This document shows, in pieces, positions 19,751 through 27,914 of a DNA stretch of 64,000 bases (positions are counted from its first letter, which is position 1; every line of letters starts with the position of its first letter). A program made the position numbers and the translations under genes. Below the pieces are notes generated by a model. It was not told the DNA's origin. It ran no database searches and saw nothing but the letters and a program-made list of their open reading frames with translations. The stretch comes from an uncultured beta proteobacterium. GTDB taxonomy: Bacteria; Pseudomonadota; Gammaproteobacteria; Burkholderiales; SG8-41. The DNA lies in assembly GCA_963778865.1 (NCBI GenBank), contig CAVZWF010000006.1:135959-199958 (forward strand). Reading direction: 5' to 3'.

Positions 19751-19781
19751 GTATCCGCGTTCATCGGCGTTCATCGGCGGC
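19751..19781. repeat. right arm of the split GCAGATAAAC-family element
   Basis: GTATCCGCGTTCATCGGCGTTCATCGGCGGC is the reverse complement of GCCGCCGATGAACGCCGATGAACGCGGATAC, which matches the left arm at 18411-18441. Confidence 0.65.
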
Positions 19782-19836
19782 AAATCATGTTTTTAATTTT
19801 GCAGCTCGATCCAGACCAGCCCGATGCGCGAACACG

Positions 19837-19962
19837 CTACTCCGCTTTCGCGCCGATTTCCTTCGCGACCGTTGCCCACTTCGCGAGTTCGGCGCGCAAG
19901 AACGCTCCGAATTTCTGCGGCGTGCTACCGACCGGCTCGAAGCCGAGCGCGGTGATGCGGAT
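19837..19962 (-). pseudogene. 3-prime fragment of a Bug-family gene (last ~40 codons)
   Basis: Encodes ..RITALGFEPVGSTPQKFGAFLRAELAKWATVAKEIGAKAE*. By my hand alignment it is about 90% nt-identical to the 3-prime end of the full Bug gene at 20615-20740 (..RITVLGFEPVGSTPQEFGVFLQAELAKWAKVAKEIGAKAE*). Confidence 0.8.
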
Positions 19963-20027
19963 TGTTGGGCCGCCGATAAATAGCCAGTGGAGTATACTAT
20001 TACGATTGTTAGTGCTGGAGTTCTGCG

Positions 20028-20246
20028 ATGAAGACACAGCTGGTCACCATCGATCCCGAAACCCACAGCGGAACGCCCGTATTCGTTGGCACGCGGGTCC
20101 CGGTCAAGACGCTCTTCGATCACCTTGAAGCTGGAGACTCGTTGGAGGTCTTCTTGGATGACTTTCCGTCCGTCAGTCGCGAACTGGCGGTAGCAGTGCT
20201 TGAAGAGGCGCGCACCGCACTCATACCGGATGCGTATCCTGCTTGA
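20028..20246 (+). CDS. DUF433 domain protein (antitoxin-like partner of DUF5615)
   Basis: 72 aa. IDPETHSGTPVFVGTRVPVKTLFDHLEAGDSLEVFLDDFPSVS is the DUF433 signature. Overlaps the next gene. Confidence 0.8.
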   Translation: MKTQLVTIDPETHSGTPVFVGTRVPVKTLFDHLEAGDSLEVFLDDFPSVSRELAVAVLEEARTALIPDAYPA

Positions 20247-20551
20247 CGAGGATCTCCCGCGTCGTCTCGCGACAATGCTGGTTGGTCATGAGGTATCCAC
20301 CGTTCAGCGCAGCGGGTGGACAGGCATCAAGAATGGAAAACTGCTCGGACTCGCCGCCTCTCGAATTCGATGTGTTCCTGACGATGGATGGGAACCTTGA
20401 GTTCCAGCAGAACCTTGCCGCCCTGCCAATTGCCGTGCTTGTGGTTGAAGCAGTCAGCAATCGGATGGAACACCTCGCACCGCTGGTGCCCGGTATCCTG
20501 AGGGAACTCGGCCATATTCCACCCAAGTCCCTACAGAAGGTTGGCGCCTGA
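20230..20551 (+). pseudogene. DUF5615 (PIN-like) toxin-like protein, one frameshift about 20355-20362 as given
   Basis: MRILLDEDLPRRLATMLVGHEVSTVQRSGWTGIKNGKLLGLAA (track ORF 20200..20400) continues in the frame of 20243..20551 as EFDVFLTMDGNLEFQQNLAALPIAVLVVEA... Confidence 0.7.
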
Positions 20552-20614
20552 CCGGGCGCTGAACGCGACCGCCTAACAGCGGCGCCGCGCTTGCGGATGT
20601 CATGCGCGGGCTTG

Positions 20615-21587
20615 CTACTCCGCTTTCGCGCCGATTTCCTTCGCGACCTTCGCCCACTTCGCGAGTTCCGCCTGCAGGAACACGCCGAATTCCTGCGGCG
20701 TGCTGCCGACCGGCTCGAAGCCGAGCACGGTGATGCGTTCGAGCACGTCCGGCAGCTTCAAGTCCTTGACGAGTCTCCGCATTCAGCTGCGTGACGATCG
20801 CCGCGCGGCGTGCGCGCGGGCACCAGCACGCCGTTCCACGCCGGCGCGTCGAATCCCGGCAGGCCCGACTCCGCGATCGTCGGCACGTCGGGCAGGCTCG
20901 CCGAACGCTTGATCGTCGTCACCGCGAGCGGACGTATGCGCCCGGCCTTGATTTGCGGCACCGCCGACGGCGCCGACCACGAAATTGACCTGCACCTGCT
21001 CGCCGATCAACGCGGTGACGCCCTGGGCGACCGTTTTGTACGGCACGTGGACGATGTTGACACCGGTGCGGCTCTTGAACATTTCGCCGATGAGATGTCC
21101 GGGCGAGCCGTTGCCGCCCGAGCCGTAATTCAACTCGCCGGGCTTCGCGCGCGCGAGCTTCACCAGTTCATCCACCGACGTCACCGGCACCGCCGGATGC
21201 ACCGACAACACGAACGGTATGGTGCCGAGCAAAGTCACCGGCGCGAAATCGCGCACCATGTCGTAACGTGAGCTTGAAGAAATTCGGATTGATGGTGTGC
21301 GTGCCGGTCGCGAGCAACAGCGTGTAGCCGTCCGCCGACGCGCGCGCGACCGTTTCCGCCGAGATCATGCCGCCGCCGCCGCCGCGCTCTTCGACCACGA
21401 CCTGCTGCCCCCATGCGGCGGTCAGTTTCGGCCCGAGGATGCGCGCCATCGCGTCCGGCCCGCCGCCGGTGACGAAGCGGATCGGCTTCGCCGGATATTG
21501 CTGCGCAAGTGTCGACGTTGCGCTCAGCACTGCAATGGTTGCCGCCGCCAACACGTGCCAGTGCGTCGCACTAATTGTCCGCCTCAC
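20615..21587 (-). pseudogene. Bug/TctC-family solute receptor, at least 3 frameshifts as given
   Basis: Pieces 21168..21587 (GTG start, ..STLAQQYPAKPIRFVTGGGPD..), 20783..21259 (..NYGSGGNGSPGHLIGEMFK..VHVPYK), 20758..20961 (..ESGLPGFDAPAWNGVLVPARTP) and a final frame ending GAKAE* at TAG 20615-20617. Confidence 0.8.
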
Positions 21588-21613
21588 CCCTCACCCCTCG
21601 CCCCTCACGCCCC
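21587..21613 (-). other. canonical G-quadruplex motif (G4-N5-G4-N3-G4-N3-G4) on the coding strand, overlapping the RBS/start of the Bug gene
   Basis: Plus strand has CCCC runs at 21587-90, 21594-97, 21601-04 and 21610-13. The minus strand reads GGGGCGTGAGGGGCGAGGGGTGAGGGG, and its last G is the G of the predicted GTG start (21587). Confidence 0.4.
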
Positions 21614-21618
21614 ACCGC

Positions 21619-21921
21619 TTACTTCGTCGCGTCGCCGCTCTCGACGATGACCTGCTCGACCACGCCGCCGCCGTCGCGCCGGAACGCGGCCGCCGCCTGG
21701 TACTCGGGCGACGCGTGGCACGCCGCCGCCCGCTCCAGATCCGGAAATTCGATGACGACGAAGCGCTGGAAATTTTCCGGGCCCTCGACGATCTTGTAGC
21801 GCCCGCCGCGCGCGAGCACCTTGCCGCCGAATTTCGCGATGATGCCCGGCACGAGGTCGGTGTACTTCTTGTATTGAACGGGGTCGTCTATCCTGCAGCG
21901 GGCGAGCCAGTATGCGGGCAT
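21619..21921 (-). CDS. DUF1330 domain protein
   Basis: Start at MPAYWLARCRIDDPVQYKKYTDLVPGIIAKFGGKVLARGG..FVVIEFPDLERAAACHASPEYQAA, the typical DUF1330 pattern. Intact. Confidence 0.75.
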   Translation of the reverse strand: MPAYWLARCRIDDPVQYKKYTDLVPGIIAKFGGKVLARGGRYKIVEGPENFQRFVVIEFPDLERAAACHASPEYQAAAAFRRDGGGVVEQVIVESGDATK

Positions 21922-22041
21922 GTTCTCCTCCGTGAGAAAATTGATAATTGACAATTGAAAATTGACAATGAAGTCCGTGTCTCGCTCGCGGTTTCGTTGT
22001 CGCATTGTCAATTCAACTCTTATCCGCGCTGTATCTCCGGC

Positions 22042-22914
22042 TCAAGGCTTAGCTGACTTAAGTCCGCCAAACTCCTGCTCAATCTTCCGCCACTTCTCGA
22101 CGCCGACGATTTTCGTGTATTCCTCGAACGGCGTGCCGGTGCCGACGAGTTTCAGTTCGTCGCTTTTGAGGTCGGCGAGCGCCAGCTGCATGGTCTTGGT
22201 TACGCGCAGCAGCAGCGTGATGCCGTAGAGCGCGATTCCGTAGCCCATCTGGCCGAGCACCGACGGCTTCAGGATCGGCGTGATGCCGCCTTCGAGCATG
22301 TTCGCGACGTGGCAGGTCTGCACTTCGCGCACGGCGCGCGCGATTTCGTCCTCGTTCAGCATCGATTCGATGAACACGCCGTCGGCACCCGCGCGCACGT
22401 AGCGCTCGGCGCGGCGCAGCGCCTCGTCCATGCCGTGGATCGCGCGCGCATCGGTGCGCGCGACGATGAACGTGTCCGGATTCATGCGGTTCGCGGCCAT
22501 CGCGCGCAGCTTCGCCTCCATCTCCTCCGTCGGCACGACCTGCTTGCCGGCCATGTGGCCGCAGCGCTTGGGCGACACCTGGTCTTCGATGAACATCGCC
22601 TGCACGCCCATGCGCTCGTAGGTGTGCAGCAGATGCACCGCGTTCTTCACGTCGCCGTAGCCGTTGTCGGCATCGACCAGCACCGGCAGATCGCACGCGC
22701 TGATCATGTCGCGAAACGCCGCCGAGAATTCACCCAGCTGGCACAAGCCGATGTCGGGCAGCCCGTAGCGCGCGCCCGCGGTCTGGAATCCGCCGATGAA
22801 AAATCCTTTGAAGCCGGCCTCCTTGATGAGCAGCGCGGACAGCGCGTCGTGCGCGCCGGGCAGGACCAGCGGTTTTTCGGTCTGCGCGAGCTGGCGTATG
22901 GTGGGTGATTTCAC
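22042..22914 (-). CDS. isocitrate lyase / PEP mutase family enzyme (methylisocitrate lyase / oxaloacetate decarboxylase-like)
   Basis: Intact. I chose the GTG start at 22914 (VKSPTIRQLAQTEKPLVLPGAHDALSA). Motifs VDADNGYG and EDQVSPKRCGHMAGK. The start is uncertain because the track ORF extends to 23052. Confidence 0.8.
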   Translation of the reverse strand: MKSPTIRQLAQTEKPLVLPGAHDALSALLIKEAGFKGFFIGGFQTAGARYGLPDIGLCQLGEFSAAFRDMISACDLPVLVDADNGYGDVKNAVHLLHTYERMGVQAMFIEDQVSPKRCGHMAGKQVVPTEEMEAKLRAMAANRMNPDTFIVARTDARAIHGMDEALRRAERYVRAGADGVFIESMLNEDEIARAVREVQTCHVANMLEGGITPILKPSVLGQMGYGIALYGITLLLRVTKTMQLALADLKSDELKLVGTGTPFEEYTKIVGVEKWRKIEQEFGGLKSAKP

Positions 22915-23101
22915 TGGGGATTCCCGTTGGTTGATTGCAATCGAACTGCGCGAGCGAATATAGCAGTCCGTCCATGCCCCCGCAATCCGCGCGGCGCATC
23001 GCGCGCGATACGCACCCGGGAATGTCTTGACAGCCGCGCGCCGACTCATCACGATGTGCCTCTCGTAATGCGTCTATGCACGCGCGAGCACAACAACACG
23101 C

Positions 23102-23960
23102 ATGAAAGCCCCACCCTTCGCCTACATCAAAGCCGCAACGCTCGCCGAAGTGTTTCAGTTGCTCGAAACGCACGGCGACGGCGCGCGCCTGCTGGCCGGC
23201 GGGCAAAGCCTGCGTTGCCGCGCTCAATCTGCGGCTGTCGTCGCCGCGAATACTGATCGACATCACCGGCATTCCCGGGCTCGCCGGCATCACGGTCGCC
23301 GACGGCAAAGTCAGCATCGGCGCGCTGACCACGCACGCCGAAATCGAGCACTCCGCGCAGATCGCGCAAGCACCTGCCGCTGCTCGCGCAGGCGGCGCCG
23401 CATATCGCGCACGTCGCGATCCGCAACGTCGGCACGTTCGGCGGCAGCATCGCGCTCGCCGACCCCGCGGCGGAATGGCCGGCGTGCTGCATCGCGCTCG
23501 ACGCGGAATTCGTCATCGCGAACAAGACCGGCAGCCGCAAAGTCAGGGCGCGCGATTTTTTTCAGGCGCTCTACACCACCGCGATCGGACCCGCCGAAGT
23601 GCTGACCGCGATCGAAATCCCGCTGCCGGCCGCGGGCTCGCAAAAGCGCTTTCGTCGAACTCACGCGCCGGCGCGGCGATTATGCGATCGTCGGCGTGGC
23701 CGCGATGGCAAACAACACGCAGGGCACTTTGACCGACGTGCAGCTCGCCTTCCTCGGCGTCGACCAGACCCCGGTGCTCGCCAAAACCGCCATGGCCGAA
23801 GTCGAGGGCAAACGCTTGTCCCCCGCGGTGATCGCAGCCGCGGCGACAGGCGCTGGCATCCGATCTCGACCCGTCCGGCGACACCTATTCGACGCCCGCG
23901 ACCAAATTGCATCTTGCGCGCGTCATCACCGGCCGCGCGTTGAACGCGCTCAACGCGTGA
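23102..23960 (+). pseudogene. molybdenum hydroxylase FAD-binding medium subunit (CoxM-like), cluster 1, several frameshifts as given
   Basis: MKAPPFAYIKAATLAEVFQLLETHGDGARLLAGGQSL, then frame changes. Later in-frame stretches include ..NVGTFGGSIALADPAAEWP.. and ..MANNTQGTLTDVQLAFLGVDQTPVLAKT.. The last frame ends ..ITGRALNALNA* at TGA 23958-23960. Confidence 0.8.
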
Positions 23961-23971
23961 ACGGCAAGACC

Positions 23972-24466
23972 ATGGACCATTCCGTCGAAACCACGCTGAT
24001 CGTCAACGGCACGCCGACCACGCGGCGCATCGAGCCGCGCCAGCATCTGATCGATTTCCTGCGCGAGGACCTCGGCCTCACCGGCTCGCACACCGGCTGC
24101 GAGCACGGCGTGTGCGGCGCGTGCACGGTGCGCGTCGACGGCAAAATCGTGCGCGGCTGCCTGATGCTCGCCGTGCAGGCCGCAGGCAAGCGCGTCGACA
24201 CCATCGAAGGCCTGTCCGACTCCGGCGAAATCGCCGAGCTGCAGCGCGCGTTCCACGAGCGCAACGCGCTGCAGTGCGGCTTCTGCACGCCGGGCATGCT
24301 GATGGCGGCGCAGGACCTTATCCTGAAGAACCCGCGCGCCACGCGCGACGAAATCCGCGAGCACATCTCGGGCAATTACTGCCGCTGCACCGGCTATCAG
24401 GCGATCGTCGATGCGATTGAAAACGTGCTTAAGGCAAATGCGGTTGCCGCGGATAAACGCAGATGA
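23972..24466 (+). CDS. molybdenum hydroxylase [2Fe-2S] small subunit (CoxS-like), cluster 1
   Basis: ATG 23972, intact. GCEHGVCGACTV and CGFCTPGM cluster motifs. The last residues ADKRR* and the stop codon lie inside the repeat element 24444-24564. Confidence 0.9.
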   Translation: MDHSVETTLIVNGTPTTRRIEPRQHLIDFLREDLGLTGSHTGCEHGVCGACTVRVDGKIVRGCLMLAVQAAGKRVDTIEGLSDSGEIAELQRAFHERNALQCGFCTPGMLMAAQDLILKNPRATRDEIREHISGNYCRCTGYQAIVDAIENVLKANAVAADKRR

Positions 24467-24564
24467 ACGCAATTGACAATGGACAACGAAATCCTGATGC
24501 GATCGCCTTGAATTCGTTGTCAATCAGTCGATTATCCGCGTGTATCTGCGTCTACGCAGTGCAA
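24444..24564. repeat. inverted-repeat element, GCAGATAAAC family, copy in the S-L intergenic region of cluster 1
   Basis: Left arm TTGCCGCGGATAAACGCAGATGAACGC, right arm ATTATCCGCGTGTATCTGCGTCTACGCAGTGCAA, with an inner palindrome GACAACGAA / TTCGTTGTC. Confidence 0.7.
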
Positions 24565-24575
24565 TGGTAACTGAC

Positions 24576-26929
24576 ATGAGCGCCGACAAAAGCCCGGCTA
24601 CATCGGCCAGAGCGTGCCGCGCGCGAACGCGAAGCGCCTGCTGCAGGGGCGCGGCGCCTACACCGACGACCTGCGCCTGCCGCGTCTCGCGCACGTCGTG
24701 TTCTTCCGCAGCCCGCACGCGCACGCGCGCATCAGGAAGCTCGACTTCACGCGGGCGCGCAGCCATGCCCGGCGTGATCGCGGTCGTCGACGGCAAAGCG
24801 GTCGCCGCGTACTGCAAACCGTGGGTCGCGGTGCTCGGGCATCTGAAAGGCATCAAGTCGGCGCCGCAGCATCCGATCGCCATCGACCGCGCGTGCTGGC
24901 AGGGCGAAGCGGTCGCCGCAGTGGTCGCCGAATCGCGCGCGCAGGCCGAAGACGCCGCCGATCTGATCGAAGCCGAATGGGAGGAACTGCCGGTCGTCGT
25001 CGACATGGCGGACTCGCTTGCCGGCAAGTACGTGATTCATCCGGAACTCGGCGACAACATCTGCTTCACGCGCACGCTCGACACCGGCGAAGTCGACGCG
25101 GCGTTCGCCAAAGCGGACGTCGTGGTCGAGGAAACCTACGAGTTCGGCCGCCACACCGGCGTCACGCTGGAAGGCCGCGCGCTGCTCGCCGACTACAACG
25201 CGGCCGAACACGCGCTCACGGTGTATCACTCGACGCAGGCGCCGCACATGATGCAGGACATCTTCTCGCGGCATCTCGACATTCCGGAAGGCAACGTGCG
25301 CGTGATCGCGAAGGACGTCGGCGGCTCGTACGGCATCAAGGTGCACGTCTACCCCGACGAGATGGCGACCGCGGCGCTCTCGGTGATGCTGAAGCGCCCG
25401 GTGAAATTCATCGCCGACCGGCTCGAATCGTTCCTGACCGACATCCACGCGCGCGAGCACAAGGCGAAACTGCGGCTGGCGTGCACGCAAGGCGGGCGAC
25501 ATCCTCGCGTTCGATCTCGACGACCTGACGAGCATCGGTCCCTACTCCGTTTATCCGCGGACGAGCGGGATCGAGGGCAACCAGGTCGTCAATCTCACCG
25601 GCGGCCCGTACCAGCACCAGCAATACCGCGCGAAGCTCAATGTCGTCTTCACCAACAAGAACGTGACCTGCCAGTACCGCGCGGTCGGCCATCCGATTGC
25701 GGTGTCGATCACCGAATGCATCGTCGATCTCGCCGCCGAAAAACTCGGCATGGACCCCGCCGAATTCCGCCGCCGCAACCTGATTCGCGACGACGCCTAT
25801 CCGTACACCTCGGCGGCGGGCATGAAGTTCGAAAAGCTGTCGCACCACCAGGCGCTCGACAAGCTGCTCGCGCTGATGGATTACAAGAAACTGCGCAGCG
25901 AGCAGGAAGCGCTGCGCAAAAAAGGCGTCTATCGCGGCATCGGGCTCGCCGCGATGATCGAAGTCACCAATCCGTCGCCCGCGTTCTACGGCGTGGGCGG
26001 CGCGCGCATTTCGGCGCAGGATGGCGCGACCCTGCGCTTCGAGCCGACCGGCATGGTGACGTGCATGGTGAGCGTCACCGAGCAGGGCCAGGGCACCGAG
26101 GGCATCTTCGCGCAGATCGCCGCCGACGCGGTCGGCGTCAGCATCGACAAGGTGCGCGTCATCACCGGCGACACCGGCACCACGCCGTACGGCGGCGGCA
26201 CCTGGGCGTCGCGCGGCGCCGGCATCGGCGGCGAGGCGGTGCTGCAATCGGGCAAGGTCCTGCGCGCGCATATACTCGAAGTGGCCGCGGCGATACTGCA
26301 AACCGGCGGCGAGATGCTCGACGTGAAGAACGACAGCGTGGTCGATGTGCGCACCGGCGAGGCGAAGCTGACGCTCGCCGAAGTCGGCCGCATCGCGTAC
26401 TTCCGGCCCGACACGCTGCCGATGGATTTCCAGTCCGAGCTGGTGGTGACGCGCCACTACACGCCGCGCGGCTACGGATTTGCCTTCACCAACGGCATGC
26501 AGGCGTCGCTCGTCGAAGTGGACACCGAGACGGGCTTCGTCAAACTGCTCAAGCACTGGTGCGTCGAAGACTGCGGCACCATCATCAATCCGCAACTCGT
26601 CGACGAGCAGATCCGCGGCGGCATCGTGCAGGGCATCGGCGGCGCGCTGTTCGAGCACTGCATCTACAGTCCCGAAGGCCAGCTGCTGAACGGCAACATG
26701 GCCGAGTACCTGGTGCCGATGGCCGGCGAGATGCCGGACATCGAGGTCGGCTCACGTCGTCACGCCGACCAAAACCTCCGAGCTCGGCGCGAAAGGCGCG
26801 GGCGAAGCCGGCACCGCCGGCGCGCCGGGCGCGGTGATGAACGCCATCAACGATGCGTTGCGGCCGTTCAAGGCGCGCGTCACCGCCCAGCCCGTCACGC
26901 CGGAGCGCATCCTGCAAGGCGCTGGGTAA
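24576..26929 (+). pseudogene. molybdenum hydroxylase large subunit (xanthine dehydrogenase / CoxL-like family), cluster 1, several frameshifts as given
   Basis: ATG 24576 (MSADKS..), slip at 24588-24597, then IGQSVPRANAKRLLQGRGAYTDD (track 24614..). Pieces 24540..26837, 25663..27234 and others. The C-terminus GAKGAGEAGTAGAPGAVMNAINDAL..RILQGAG* ends at TAA 26927-26929. Confidence 0.85.
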
Positions 26930-26935
26930 AGTTTA

Positions 26936-27828
26936 GTGTCCGGTTTAGTGTCCACTTTCGATTCCACCGCCTTCGGCAAACGCTTCACGCATCGCTTTGC
27001 CGCGGCGCGCGACATCAAAATCCATTACGTCGAGGGCGGCAGCGGTCAGCCGGTGCTGCTGGTACCCGGCTGGCCGCAATCGTGGTACGCGTGGCGGCAC
27101 GTCATGCCCGCGCTCGCCGAGCGCTACCGCGTCATCGCCATCGATCCGCCGGGCCTCGGCGACTCGGAAAGACCCGCGGCCTACGACACTGCGACCATCG
27201 CGACTTACCTCGACGCGTTCCTCGAATGCGCTGAAACTCGAGCGCATCGATTTCGTCGGCCACGACATCGGCGCGTGGATCGGTTACGCGTATGCCGTGC
27301 GCCATGCAGGCCGCGTGCGGCGGCTCGCGCTGATCGACGCCGCCATTCCCGGCATCGCGCCGGCCGACGCCTTTGCGCTGACACCCGACCGCATCAACAA
27401 GACGTGGCATTTTTCCTTCAATGCGCTGCCCGATTTGCCGGAAGCACTCGTCGCCGGACGCGAACGGCTGTACCTGGCGTGGCTCTTCAACGCACGCTCG
27501 ATCAACAAGTCCGCGATCGACGACGCCGCGATCACCGAATACACGCGCGTTTATGCGGCGCCCGGCGCAATGAGCGCGGGCTACGCGTACTACCGCGCGA
27601 TTTTCGATTCGATTGCGCAGAACCGGGAAACCGCGGCGAACAAACTGACGATGCCGCGTGCTGGCGGTCGGCGGCGCGCAGTGGCTGGGCCCCATGATGG
27701 AAAAGATGGTGGCGCCGGTCGCGCGCGATTTACGCGTGGAAATCGTCGAAAACTGCGGCCATTTCGTGCCGGAGGAAGCGCCGCAGGCGCTTGCGCGCCT
27801 GTTGCATGACTTCATCGAGCAACCGTAA
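26936..27828 (+). pseudogene. alpha/beta hydrolase (epoxide hydrolase / haloacetate dehalogenase-like), 2 frameshifts as given
   Basis: GTG 26936. ..IHYVEGGSGQPVLLVPGWPQSWYAWRHVMPAL.. (26936..27697), FVGHDIGAWIGYAYA nucleophile-elbow region (26997..27809), and a last frame ..VEIVENCGHFVPEEAPQALARLLHDFIEQP* ending at TAA 27826-27828. Confidence 0.8.
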
Positions 27829-27914
27829 ACGCCGCCGACGCACGCGGGCTGGCAGACGTGCCGCCGCCCGTTAGTTCAACCGGCAAGCGACCGACGGGCG
27901 CAGCGGCAAGCGGG

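Noticed and set aside
19967-19985. Partial third arm of the repeat family (GGGCCGCCGATAAATAGCC) at the left edge of the DUF433/DUF5615 cassette, treated as an independent feature.
   Set aside because: Only about 13 nt match, and a 10-mer exact match is not improbable in 64 kb of GC-rich DNA. It is mentioned within the cassette finding but not listed as a feature.
23102-26929. Calling the CoxMSL-like clusters aerobic carbon monoxide dehydrogenase.
   Set aside because: The large-subunit loops (QYRAVGHP and AVRGFGQAP) do not match the CODH form I signature as I remember it. No coxDEFG-type accessory genes are present, and the neighbours are aromatic-catabolic. I kept the family-level call only.
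26930-26953. Tandem 12-mer (A/G)GTTTAGTGTCC x2 overlapping the two candidate GTG starts of the hydrolase gene.
   Set aside because: It is a single short duplication of 12 nt that keeps the frame. It is most simply a small slippage event and affects only the start-site choice (26936 versus 26948).
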